Source: Candidatus Krumholzibacteriota bacterium (GTDB taxonomy: Bacteria; Krumholzibacteriota; Krumholzibacteriia; JAJRXK01). Taken from it: a stretch of DNA of 64,000 nucleotides. The notes beneath the pieces are model-generated. The model did not search any database, was not told the origin of the DNA, and saw only the letters and a list, made by a program, of their open reading frames with translations. This document shows positions 52,209-61,730 of the stretch, piece after piece. Both the position numbers and the translations under genes were made by a program. Location of the stretch: NCBI GenBank assembly GCA_963764625.1, contig CAVXTH010000009.1, positions 352,001-416,000 of the forward strand. Direction: 5' to 3'. Numbering within the stretch: position 1 is the first letter of the stretch; every line of letters begins with the position of its first letter.

Positions 52209-53939
52209 CTAGGCGCCGCGACCGATTCCCACCTGGTGCAAGAGGCCCCGGGGACCCTGGCGAAACAGCGAACCCAGCAGCAGCGCGACGAAGAGCACGA
52301 CTCCCGCTTTCTGCCACCAATGATAGCTGTACGCCTGGCTGCCCAGTTCGGGCACGCTTGCGGCGAGTCCTGGCACCAAGTTCGCCAGCCACCCCAGCAG
52401 GATGCTGCTCACCGGAACCGTGAGCATGAGGATCCACACCGCCTGCCTGCGGTGTACTCCCTTGATGGCGCCGTAGGTCGTGACGTTCGTGGCGGGACCG
52501 GTGAGCAGAAAGGCCAAAACGGCGCCCACCGAAGCCCCCTTGGCTAGGAAGATCGTGGCGATGGGCGTGGCGCCCGAAGCACATACGTAGAAAGGAGTCG
52601 CGATCAGGCCGAAGATGGGCACCTGGATCAGGTCGGGGATCAGGGCGATCAACCCGTTTCGCAGAATCGGTTCGATGAGGCCGGCCACCAGAATCCCGAC
52701 CAACACCCAGGGACCCAGATCGTCGAAGAGCTCGCGCGCGCCAAAATCGAGAGCTCCTTTGAGGTCGTTGCGGGGGGGCAAGGTGGCGGGATCTTCGGAT
52801 TCGGCAGCTTCGGAGGAGGGCATGAGTCTTCCCGCCACGAGCCCGGCGACCAAGGCCACGAGAAACGCCGCGATGAGCCGTACGATGGTGACGGGGGTGC
52901 CCAACAGGGGGATGGAAATGAGAATCGAGTCGAATCCCAATTCTGGAGTCGCCACCAGGAACGCGGTCGCGGCGGCCGCGGGAACTCCCCGCGCGTGCAG
53001 GCTACGGTAGAGTGGTACCACTCCGCACGAACAGATGGGCAGAGGAATTCCGAAGAGGATTCCCTTGAGCGCGCTCGAGGCCTCGGTGCTTCCCTTCAAC
53101 AGCTGTTTCAGTGAGCGCGCGGGAACCATGGTCATGAAACCCGCGCCGACAAAGCCCAGCACGACCGCGTACGAACTCTCCATGAAGAGATAGCCCATGT
53201 TGGAGAAGCCGCGCTGGAGCACCGGGGGAACCGTGTCGGGCAGGAGAAAGAAGATCAAGAGCGCCAGCACGGTGCCACTCGCTGCCCAAGCGGGGCTGAC
53301 CCGGGCTTCACCGTGTTCGGACTGATGACGATGATCCATGACCACGTGGAGGAGTCCACCGGCGAGCAAAGAGAAAATGATTCCCGAGACCGGTCCCACG
53401 CTCAGAGGGAGCAGGAAGCTGCTCAGAGCGTGCCCGACGAAAGTGGCGCCCGCGATGGCGGCCAGGATGGCCAGCGCGACCTTCGAGCCCAATTGCGGCC
53501 TGACCGACCACCAGATCAACAACCCCACCGGCACGCGATGGAGCAGAATCGCCAGAGGTAGGCTCCAGCCCTCGGTGAGATGCTGGTGCATGCCCTGTTG
53601 ATTGGCGGCCAGCGCCGCTCCGTCGAGCGAGGCATGCAGCACGAGTCCGATGACCGCCAGCCAGAGGATCGAGGAGGATTCGTCGGACTCGTGCCGGTGC
53701 AGCTTCCGCTCGGCGTAGAGCGGGAGAAATGCCCCGATCGCCGCGAAGAGAATGCACCAGGCGCCGATGCTGTCTCGCGCGTAGGGTAGAAGATGGAGAA
53801 GCGCCAAGCCCCCGACCATCACCAGGATGAAGCCGTCGAGCAGCGCATGGAGTTGGGAACGCCGCTGCAGGACACCCGCGATGAGAGGGCCGAAGGACAG
53901 GGCCACGGCCGAGAGAATCAGTGCACTGTGTGCGTCCAT
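52209..53939 (-). CDS. Metal permease: ZIP-like N-terminus fused to DUF318/ArsP (SO_0444-like) domain
   Basis: 'LHASLDG', 'LHRVPVGL', His-rich loops; 'GIPLPICSCGVVP', 'AFLVATP', 'YVCASGATP', 'LLTGPATN'. Confidence 0.82.
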   Translation of the reverse strand: MDAHSALILSAVALSFGPLIAGVLQRRSQLHALLDGFILVMVGGLALLHLLPYARDSIGAWCILFAAIGAFLPLYAERKLHRHESDESSSILWLAVIGLVLHASLDGAALAANQQGMHQHLTEGWSLPLAILLHRVPVGLLIWWSVRPQLGSKVALAILAAIAGATFVGHALSSFLLPLSVGPVSGIIFSLLAGGLLHVVMDHRHQSEHGEARVSPAWAASGTVLALLIFFLLPDTVPPVLQRGFSNMGYLFMESSYAVVLGFVGAGFMTMVPARSLKQLLKGSTEASSALKGILFGIPLPICSCGVVPLYRSLHARGVPAAAATAFLVATPELGFDSILISIPLLGTPVTIVRLIAAFLVALVAGLVAGRLMPSSEAAESEDPATLPPRNDLKGALDFGARELFDDLGPWVLVGILVAGLIEPILRNGLIALIPDLIQVPIFGLIATPFYVCASGATPIATIFLAKGASVGAVLAFLLTGPATNVTTYGAIKGVHRRQAVWILMLTVPVSSILLGWLANLVPGLAASVPELGSQAYSYHWWQKAGVVLFVALLLGSLFRQGPRGLLHQVGIGRGA

Positions 53940-54168
53940 GGGTCCCTCGAGCGCCTCAGAGAATGAAACCGAATCGAGGGATCAAGACTAGGTTCAGCCG
54001 CGCGATTTCTCAAGTTCGCGCGTCCTCAGCCGCCCGGCGCGAGGGGCGGCGCCATGCCCGATGCGACCGTGAGACCCCGGTGGCCTGTCCGAATCCGGCG
54101 GCCAGTGCTAGATTCGAGAAGTTCGCCCGTTGGGGGCGATGCACCCGTTTCCTGGAGGTCCGCCGTCA

Positions 54169-55311
54169 ATGCGCTGCGTTTCTGCAATCGTTCTTCTACT
54201 CCTCGTGCCCCTTCTGAGCTCGGTGGCAGGCCTTAGCCTCGCGCAGGATGCCACGGATGAGGTGAAAGCTCCGAGCGCCAATTCGGTCGAGGAGGCCACG
54301 GCGCCAGATGGCATGTACGCGGTGTTTCATACGGATCTCGGGGTCATCGTCTGCAAACTCTTCTTCCAACGGGCCCCTCTGACCGTAGCGAATTTCGTGG
54401 GCCTCGCTGAAGGAACCCGAGAGACCATCGATCCCGTGACCAGGGAAACGGTGAAGAAGCCCTTTTACGACGGACTGCTCTTCCACCGGGTAGTGGGGGG
54501 TCTTTTGATCCAATGTGGCGATCCCACCGGGCATGGCACGGGGGGACCAGGCTACCGCTTTCGCGACGAATTCGATCCGGGCCTCCGTCACGATCGTCCC
54601 GGCGTACTCTCGATGGCCAACAGCGGGCCGAATACGAACGGCAGCCAGTTCTTCATCACCGAAACGAGGGTTCTGTCCTTCGACCGAAAGTACAGTGTCT
54701 TCGGGCGGGTCGTGCTGGGATTGGACGTCGTGTCCGCGATTTCTTCGGTTCCCACCGATCAAGAGCAACCCAAAGAGGATGTTCATCTGCGGACTCTCGA
54801 AATCGTGCGCCGGGGAAAGGAAGCGCAGAACTTCGATGCCGAGGCGGTCTTTGCGCACCTCAAGGATCTCGATGCGGCCCAACTTGCGCAGCTGCATTCC
54901 AAGCAATTTCACCAGAAAGTCGATCCGCTGCGCAAGAGGGCTCGCGAGCAGGAGGATGGCAGCCGGGTGGTCAAGACGCGTAAAGGAAGTGGGCTCCAAC
55001 CGCACGAAGGGGAGTCGATCGTCACGAACTACGTCTGCTACTTGCCCGATGGAAGTCAGGTGGAATCGACCTACCGGGATGAAACTCCGAAGGTCCTCGT
55101 CGCGGGCAGGCCGCGCAGGGGACTCGATTGGGAGCGGAACTTCCTGGACATGAAAGTGGGAGAAGAGCGCTGGGTGTTCTTGCCCGCGAAGCTCGCGTTC
55201 GGTAACCGTGGAATTCCGGGGGTCGTTCCCCCGGGCACTCCCCTCATTTTCCAACTCGAACTGGTCTCGATCGGAAGTGATGTCCCTCCGAGTGATCCGC
55301 AAGCCGAGTGA
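54169..55311 (+). CDS. Secreted peptidyl-prolyl isomerase, cyclophilin-FKBP fusion
   Basis: 'APLTVANFVGLAEG', 'FYDGLLFHRV', 'MANSGPNTNGSQFFIT'; FKBP 'MKVGE...PAKLAFG.RG..VPP...LIFQLEL'. Confidence 0.92.
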   Translation: MRCVSAIVLLLLVPLLSSVAGLSLAQDATDEVKAPSANSVEEATAPDGMYAVFHTDLGVIVCKLFFQRAPLTVANFVGLAEGTRETIDPVTRETVKKPFYDGLLFHRVVGGLLIQCGDPTGHGTGGPGYRFRDEFDPGLRHDRPGVLSMANSGPNTNGSQFFITETRVLSFDRKYSVFGRVVLGLDVVSAISSVPTDQEQPKEDVHLRTLEIVRRGKEAQNFDAEAVFAHLKDLDAAQLAQLHSKQFHQKVDPLRKRAREQEDGSRVVKTRKGSGLQPHEGESIVTNYVCYLPDGSQVESTYRDETPKVLVAGRPRRGLDWERNFLDMKVGEERWVFLPAKLAFGNRGIPGVVPPGTPLIFQLELVSIGSDVPPSDPQAE

Positions 55312-55552
55312 GGCAGCCGCCCCGGAGGGAAGGAAATGTGTCCGGCACCCACGGCGATCTCGCAAAATCGCTTGCCCTCAGAGCTCAATTGAGTTATTTC
55401 CGGCACTTACAGAGCACGGGTCGCAATGGGACCCATCTCCATCACGGTGCCACGCACCAAGGGTGGGACTTCCCTCGGACTCGTTGTCGATCGTGAAGGA
55501 TCGGTGTGATGCCGGTACCTCGTTTGACAATCAAAACCCAAGGAGGCCCACT

Positions 55553-55816
55553 GTGGCCAAGAAGAAGACTGCCGCCAAGAGGAAGCCCGCCGCGAAGAAA
55601 ACCACGAGAAAGAAGGCTGCGGCCAAGAAGTCCGCCATGGAGATGCTGCTCGTGGGAAGCAAGACCAAGGTTGCGCTCAAGAAGTACGGGGTCAACGTAG
55701 CTGGAGACGCCCTGGATGGTCTCAACGGTGTGCTCTACTGGTACGTCGAGCAGGCTGCCAAGCGCGCCAAGGCGAATGGCCGCAAGACGGTGCGTGCCCA
55801 CGATTTCACGGTGTGA
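55553..55816 (+). CDS. Bacterial histone-fold protein with Lys/Ala-rich N-terminal tail (87 aa)
   Basis: AAGGAGG RBS plus GTG. Core 'LLVGSKTKVALKKYGVNVAGDALDGL...AAKRAKANGRKTVRAHDF' matches the prokaryotic histone pattern (RKTVxxxD). Confidence 0.88.
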   Translation: MAKKKTAAKRKPAAKKTTRKKAAAKKSAMEMLLVGSKTKVALKKYGVNVAGDALDGLNGVLYWYVEQAAKRAKANGRKTVRAHDFTV

Positions 55817-55890
55817 TGTAGAAAGCCCCAAGCTTGTTCGCCGCGACGCGAGCGCCTTCCCCTTGGCACATCCCGTCGCAGCGAAACACA

Positions 55891-55918
55891 AGAGGCCGTT
55901 CCTGAGGGAGCGGCCTCT
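55891..55918. terminator. Stem-loop between the convergent histone and membrane-protein genes
   Basis: AGAGGCCGTTCC-TGAG-GGAGCGGCCTCT, 12-bp stem with one G-U pair. Confidence 0.65.
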
Positions 55919-55942
55919 GCGCTTATGGAATCATCGCGGTCC

Positions 55943-56629
55943 TCACTTCAGGAGTCCCGCTTCGCTGAATTGCGGCAACCCTCCGTGCATTAAAAACCAG
56001 ATGAGGTAGAGCAAGAGCGCGAGCAGATACCCCGATGCGAAGAAGACGGACATCGCGTCCCGCTTGCGTCTTTTCCACTTCGCTCCAATCCATGTCACGA
56101 TCGATAGTGCGGCGAGAATTCCAAGCGCCGGCGTTTGCCCTTCCACCGTGACGGCGAAAAAGCTGAAACCGTAGGGCACTCCGCTCACGGCGCACGCGAA
56201 GGGTGAGACCCTCGCGTTCCCCACTGGTCCCCGCAGGAGGATGAGCGAGAGCGAGATGATCGCGCAGTGCCAGATGATGTGACTCAGATGTTCGTCCAGG
56301 AAGTAGTCGAGGCGCCACGCGGGAGTGGCCCCTTGGGGGTCGATGAGATGTCCCAGCGCGTTCGCGGCCAAATGAAGCGAGTGTCCTTCGATCCAGGCGG
56401 CCGAGAGAACCAGGAACAGAATCATCTTGGGCCAGCCCGGCCATCCGCCGTGACGGTGCCACAGGAGCAAAGCGTAGAGTGGCAAGAGTACGAGGGGGGT
56501 GAGGAGATCGAGGAGATCTCCCACGCGCAACAGACCCTCCGGCGGGGCGGAGTGCACCAAATACGCCGGGCTCAACAGGAAAAGAGTGAAGCTGATGGAG
56601 AACAGGATGAGACTGCTAGAGAGTTTCAC
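55943..56629 (-). CDS. Hypothetical multi-pass membrane protein with clustered His residues
   Basis: About seven TM segments; 'EGHSLHLAAN', 'DEHLSHIIWH'. Confidence 0.7.
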   Translation of the reverse strand: MKLSSSLILFSISFTLFLLSPAYLVHSAPPEGLLRVGDLLDLLTPLVLLPLYALLLWHRHGGWPGWPKMILFLVLSAAWIEGHSLHLAANALGHLIDPQGATPAWRLDYFLDEHLSHIIWHCAIISLSLILLRGPVGNARVSPFACAVSGVPYGFSFFAVTVEGQTPALGILAALSIVTWIGAKWKRRKRDAMSVFFASGYLLALLLYLIWFLMHGGLPQFSEAGLLK

Positions 56630-56767
56630 GACCGCTTCCTCGGCTGTGGGCAGTCGAGCATGCCGTCACGTGGAGTTTCGCGCAAGCGCCGGCTCGTCTT
56701 GCTCACGGAGAGGGAAAGATTTACGCTTCGCGCCGAGCTCTTTTCGAAAGCCGAGGGATCATTCTTC

Positions 56768-59395
56768 ATGCGACTCTTCCACCTCCGATCGCTGGTGCTC
56801 ACTCTCATCGGTCTTCTTCTCGTCTTCATCGCGACGAGTCCGGCGCGGGCCGCCAAGCTCGACGGGCTTCCCGACTATGCCTCGGAGTCGAGCTGGCTTC
56901 TGAGTCCGCCGGGGATGGCCTCCAGTTTGGCGGCGGGGCTCTTCAATCCCGCGGCGTTCGGCGTCGCGCCCCAACCCGGTCTCTACTTCGGTTGGCGTAG
57001 CAACGACGAGCTGCCGGTGAGTCCGCTGCATCAGCCGCTTCTTTTGAAATCGAACGACCTGGCCGCAGTGGTCTCCTTACCGCTCCTGAGCTTCGCTTAC
57101 CGACGCTTCGACTTCGAGGGAGCGGCCTCGGGTTCCCCGCTGCTCCAGGGGATCAGCGCCGACCGTCCCACTGTGAACGAATATTCCCTCGCCTTCAGCG
57201 GAGGCGATCGCTCGCATGCTCTCGGCCTTTCCTACTCCTGGTCGGGCGGAGACCGCGAAGCGATGCCGCGTCACCGTCGCCTCAGCGCCGGAATGATCGA
57301 GCGGAGGAGATTTCTCTCGTGGGGGCTCAATGGGGATTGGGATGTGGAGAACGGAGACCTCGCCGGTCAGACCGATCTGGGGATTCGGCCTTTCGGAGCG
57401 TCTTGGACTCTCTTCGGTGAGCTCAGCGCGCGCCCCGATGATTCCGACCGCGTCGGCTGGAGGGGCGGTTTCGGTCTGGAGAGTCAATTCGTGCCCGGCC
57501 TGCGTGCCAGCGTACGCTACCGGGACGGCGGTACCTTCGGGCTGGGACTCGCGCTCGTCTTCGGAGGCGGAACGCGGGCCAGTTCGATCACGCAGCTCAA
57601 TTCGGATCGCGTCGTGCAAAGAGTCAGTTCGATCCAACTCGGATCGGTGGTCGATGCGCCACTCGATTTGCATCCCGGGAAGCGCAGCCGCGGCTCCACC
57701 GTCGAATTGTCTCTGAAGGGGCCGATGCCCTATCGCCACTATCGTTTCTTTGACGATCGTCAGACTCTTCTAGCCACCCTGTCGCGCATTTCCGCCTGGG
57801 CCGACGATCCGCAGGTGAAGCGTCTGGTTCTGAATCTCTCCGGAATGCGCATCAGCGGCGCGATGCTCTGGGAGCTGCGGCAACAATTGGACGGGTTCCG
57901 CGCGCGCGGGAAAACCGTCGTGGTCTACGCCGACCGCCTGACGCTCTTGGGAACGATGCTGGCGAGCGGCGCGGACGAGGTCTGGCTCGATCCTCAGGGA
58001 GATCTGGATCTGCGCGGACTCAGCTGGGGGAGGACCTACTATCGCAACGCGCTCAAGAAACTGGGTCTCGGCGTCGACGCCTGGCGCTACTTCTCTTACA
58101 AGTCGGCCTTCGAGGTGCTCTCCCGCAGCTCCCAGAGTGAGGCGGATTCCCTGCAACGGCAGGTACTCATCGACGACTACTACGAGGAGGCGCGGGCCGA
58201 GATCTGTTCGGCGCGCGGCCTGAGCCCCGAAGACTTCGACCACATCGTCGACACGCGCGGATATCTGCCCGCGCGCGAGGCCCTGACTCTGCACCTGGTC
58301 GACAAGGTGGGAAGCTACGAGGAGGCGCGGAAGGGCAAGAAGGAAGGGGACGACTCCAGCTTTGCCGCGAAGGGGCGAGAGAGCCACCTGGCCAAGGCGC
58401 CTTCGATCGACGGGCTCTTGGGCGATCCTCGCTTCAGGCGAGCCGAATGGGGTGAGCCGGCCAAGATCGCCGTTCTCTACGCCATCGGCGAGTGCGCGAT
58501 GGACACCGGAATCGAGGGACGTCGATTGAGCGCCGAGATCAAGCGGGCGCGCGAAAACCCCGAGATCAAGGCGGTGGTGCTGCGGGTCGACTCGCCGGGA
58601 GGAGATCCGCTTCCCAGCGACATGGTCGCCCGCGAGATGCTCGAGACGATGAAAGTGAAGCCGGTCGTCGTCAGCCAGGGCAACGTCGCCGCGTCGGGTG
58701 GGTACTGGATCAGCATGTACTGCGATTCACTTGTCGCCTCTCCCTTCACCCTCACCGGCAGCATCGGGGTCATCGGAGGCTGGATCTACGATCGCGGGTT
58801 CTCTCAAAAAATCGGCTTCGACTACAGCCAGGTGCAGCGAGGAGCCCACGCCGACATGGGGGGGGGCATCCGCCTTCCCTTCCTTCAGGTCACGGTGCCG
58901 CACCGTCCCCTGGACGAGGAAGAGCACCGACGCGTGGAGAAGATCATCCGCGGGATGTACGGCGACTTCGTGGCCCAGGTGGCCAAGGGAAGGGGGCTGA
59001 GCGAGGCGCACGTGGATTCGGTGGGGCAGGGGCGGGTGTGGAGTGGAACCCGCGGCAAGGAAAACGGGCTCGTCGACGAGATCGGTGGGTTGTGGCACGC
59101 GCTGCAGATCGCCAAGACCTTGGCTCACCTCCCCGATGGACGCGCGGTGGAGCTGGCGGAGGGACCGCAGCTCGGGACCTTCAACTGGGACGCTCTCAAG
59201 CCGAAGTTTCTGTCGTCTCCGGTGGAAGAGGGAATCGCGTTCGATCCGCTCTCCGGCGCTCCGCGGCAGCGCTTGGGCCCCTGGATGGGGCTGAGTGAGG
59301 AAGAGCTGCGATTCCTGTGCGCCGTGTTCCGCGAGCCGGGACGGCCGGTGTTGCGCGCCGATCCCATCGAGATCCACGACGGCGGGACTCCCTAG
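56768..59395 (+). CDS. sppA: SppA (S49) protease with N-terminal FadL/PorV-like beta-barrel domain
   Basis: Signal peptide, 'LFNPAAFG' plus strand-rich N-terminus, 'YKSAFE', 'LRVDSPGG', 'AASGGYWI', 'TGSIGVI', 'QGRVWSG'. Confidence 0.85.
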   Translation: MRLFHLRSLVLTLIGLLLVFIATSPARAAKLDGLPDYASESSWLLSPPGMASSLAAGLFNPAAFGVAPQPGLYFGWRSNDELPVSPLHQPLLLKSNDLAAVVSLPLLSFAYRRFDFEGAASGSPLLQGISADRPTVNEYSLAFSGGDRSHALGLSYSWSGGDREAMPRHRRLSAGMIERRRFLSWGLNGDWDVENGDLAGQTDLGIRPFGASWTLFGELSARPDDSDRVGWRGGFGLESQFVPGLRASVRYRDGGTFGLGLALVFGGGTRASSITQLNSDRVVQRVSSIQLGSVVDAPLDLHPGKRSRGSTVELSLKGPMPYRHYRFFDDRQTLLATLSRISAWADDPQVKRLVLNLSGMRISGAMLWELRQQLDGFRARGKTVVVYADRLTLLGTMLASGADEVWLDPQGDLDLRGLSWGRTYYRNALKKLGLGVDAWRYFSYKSAFEVLSRSSQSEADSLQRQVLIDDYYEEARAEICSARGLSPEDFDHIVDTRGYLPAREALTLHLVDKVGSYEEARKGKKEGDDSSFAAKGRESHLAKAPSIDGLLGDPRFRRAEWGEPAKIAVLYAIGECAMDTGIEGRRLSAEIKRARENPEIKAVVLRVDSPGGDPLPSDMVAREMLETMKVKPVVVSQGNVAASGGYWISMYCDSLVASPFTLTGSIGVIGGWIYDRGFSQKIGFDYSQVQRGAHADMGGGIRLPFLQVTVPHRPLDEEEHRRVEKIIRGMYGDFVAQVAKGRGLSEAHVDSVGQGRVWSGTRGKENGLVDEIGGLWHALQIAKTLAHLPDGRAVELAEGPQLGTFNWDALKPKFLSSPVEEGIAFDPLSGAPRQRLGPWMGLSEEELRFLCAVFREPGRPVLRADPIEIHDGGTP

Positions 59396-59492
59396 TCCGG
59401 GACCGGAGCGAGCCACGCTCGCTGGATCGAGGCCGAACGGCGCGAAATTAGTAGACTGTGACTGCATTTTCCCTCGCAGGAAGGTCGCCACC

Positions 59493-60746
59493 GTGTCCTC
59501 GCGCCGTCCATCCTCCGGTCTCTCTTTCCTCGACCTCGTTGCGTGCCTCTTGCTGGGCGCTGTTCTGACCTTCGGCTCGCTCGGGGGGTGTGGCGGCGCC
59601 GACTCTCCCGCCGCGCCACCGCCGACCAAGAGCTACGAGTACGAGCTTCAGAGAGTCTATCCGGCGGTGGCCTTCGAGAATCCCGTCGATTTGAGCTGGG
59701 CCAACGACCACAGCGGACGCCTCTTCGTGGTGGAGAAACGGGGCAGAATTTTGGCCCTCGATCCCGCCGATTCGCTCCACGCCAGCGTCTTTCTGGACAT
59801 CTCCGACAGCGTCTACAGTCAGTCGGCCGAGATGGGGCTCTTGGGCTTGGCCTTTCGCCCCGACTTCGCGACCTCTCGCTGGTTTTACGGCTACTACACC
59901 GTCTCGGACGCATCGGGCTATCACAGCCGCCTCTCTCGCTTCACGGCGGCCGCTGACGGACTCAGCGCGCCTCCCTCCAGCGAAGTCGTACTCCGGCAGT
60001 TCGACGAGCCCTACGTCAATCACAACGGTGGTGGGATGTGCTTCGGCCAGGGAACCCAACTCTACCTGGGTGTGGGCGACGGCGGCTATGGGGGAGACCC
60101 GACGAATTCAGCCCAGGATCGTTCGCGGTATCTCGGCAAGATTCTGCGGCTCGACGTGGGCAGCAACGAGACCACGCCACCCTACTACGCGATCCCCTCG
60201 GACAACCCCTTTCGCGGCAACTCGCAGGGCTTCAAGGAGGAGATCTTTGCCTACGGATTGCGCAACCCGTGGCGCATCTCCTTCGACGATGCGACGGGGG
60301 AGTTGTGGGCGGGGGAAGTGGGACAGGCTCAGTGGGAGGAAGTCGACCGTATCATGGCGGGCGGCAACTACGGCTGGGATTGCCGCGAGGGAGCCCATGA
60401 CTATCTGGGGCCTCCCGACGGCCCCTCGCCGGTGTGCTCCTCGGCCGGTCCCTTCCTCGACCCCCTCTACGAGTACCCGCACACCGAAGGCAACACCGCG
60501 ATCACGGGAGGCTACGTGGTGCGTGGCCCCGGCTTGAGCTCGCTGCAGGGTCGCTATGTGTTCGGTGACTATTCCTCGGGGCGCATCTGGGCCGTGAGCC
60601 ATGACGGCAGCGAAGTGCAGAAGCTCCTCGACGCGTCGTTTCCGATCTCTTCGTTCGGAGTGGACGAGAACGGCGCCCTCTACGTGGTGGAATACGCGAC
60701 CCAGGGCGGAATCTACCGCCTGGTGGAAAAAGAGACCACGCCCTGA
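59493..60746 (+). CDS. PQQ-dependent sugar dehydrogenase (GSDH family) lipoprotein
   Basis: Lipobox 'LGGC', 'EMGLLGLAF.PDF', 'NHNGG', 'GKILRLDV', 'YGLRNPWR'. Start GTG 59493 is approximate. Confidence 0.9.
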   Translation: MSSRRPSSGLSFLDLVACLLLGAVLTFGSLGGCGGADSPAAPPPTKSYEYELQRVYPAVAFENPVDLSWANDHSGRLFVVEKRGRILALDPADSLHASVFLDISDSVYSQSAEMGLLGLAFRPDFATSRWFYGYYTVSDASGYHSRLSRFTAAADGLSAPPSSEVVLRQFDEPYVNHNGGGMCFGQGTQLYLGVGDGGYGGDPTNSAQDRSRYLGKILRLDVGSNETTPPYYAIPSDNPFRGNSQGFKEEIFAYGLRNPWRISFDDATGELWAGEVGQAQWEEVDRIMAGGNYGWDCREGAHDYLGPPDGPSPVCSSAGPFLDPLYEYPHTEGNTAITGGYVVRGPGLSSLQGRYVFGDYSSGRIWAVSHDGSEVQKLLDASFPISSFGVDENGALYVVEYATQGGIYRLVEKETTP

Positions 60747-60769
60747 ACCGCCTCCGCCTGGCGCGAATC

Positions 60770-61495
60770 TCAGCGCCGGCGGCCCATGATGCGCAGCAGC
60801 GCCAGGAAGAGGTTGATGAAGTCGAGATAGAGCTGGAGGGCGCCGTAGACCGCTAACTTCGATCCCGCGCGTCCATGGGCTCGACCCGATTCGTGCACCC
60901 GCAAGAGGCGCTGGGTGTCGTAGGCGGTCAGTCCGGTGAAGATCAACACCGCCAGATACGAGATCGCCATCGTCAGATTGTCGCTGTGCAGGAAGAAATT
61001 CACCACCGACGCCACGATGATGCCGATGAGGCCCATGAAGAGAAACGATCCCCAGTTGGAGAGATCGCGCTTGGTGGTCATCCCGTAGAAGCTGACCGCG
61101 CCGAAGGTGCCGGCGGTGATGAAGAAGACCGAGGCGATACTGGCGCCGGTGTAGACCAGAAAGAGGGTGGAGAAGGTGACCCCGGTCAGCGCGGAATAGA
61201 GGAGGAAGATCCCCGCCGCCGCTTCGAAGGACAGCCGCTGAAACGCGGCGGCTAGGACGATCACCGCGCCCAGTTGCAGGCCGATGAGTAGCAGGAAGCG
61301 CCCCTGTCCTCCCACGAGCTGGTTCATGAGGTCCGGGTTCTGGATCATTCCCCAGGCGGTGAGGGCGGTCACCACCAGGCCCGCGCACATCCAGCCGTAG
61401 ACCTGGCTCAAGAACGAGGTGCGCGCCTCCACGCTGCTGTGGCTCAAGACGCGCTGGCGCTCCTGTAGGTCGAACGATGGGGATCCGTTCATCAT
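60770..61495 (-). CDS. Bax inhibitor-1/YccA-family membrane protein
   Basis: 'VYGWM..GL', 'YGMTTKRDLS', 'TAYDTQRL', 'GALQLYLDFINLF'. Confidence 0.93.
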   Translation of the reverse strand: MMNGSPSFDLQERQRVLSHSSVEARTSFLSQVYGWMCAGLVVTALTAWGMIQNPDLMNQLVGGQGRFLLLIGLQLGAVIVLAAAFQRLSFEAAAGIFLLYSALTGVTFSTLFLVYTGASIASVFFITAGTFGAVSFYGMTTKRDLSNWGSFLFMGLIGIIVASVVNFFLHSDNLTMAISYLAVLIFTGLTAYDTQRLLRVHESGRAHGRAGSKLAVYGALQLYLDFINLFLALLRIMGRRR

Positions 61496-61730
61496 GACTT
61501 CCCGTCTCGGGTGGGTTTGAAGATTCCCGTAGTGCCTGAAACGCGCCACGGGCCTGAGTGTTCCCGAGTCTAGAACAGATTCTGTGGTGCACAAGCCCTG
61601 GACGCGCAAGGCACGGGCGGCCTTCGCCTTGCCGGCCTCGCCCTTTTGGCCTAGCTAGTGGGGGACTGAAATCGGTTTTCAATTCCGGGCGTCCGCGGCA
61701 TTTTCCCGGCGTCCCCAAGGAGTGATTTGC

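Noticed and set aside
55208-55552. N-terminal 115 aa of the 202-aa ORF containing the histone
   Set aside because: It overlaps the PPIase 3' end, and the strong AAGGAGG RBS points to GTG 55553.
56267-56767. N-terminal extension of the SppA ORF (1042 aa)
   Set aside because: Antisense to the 55943-56629 gene; the signal peptide starts at ATG 56768.
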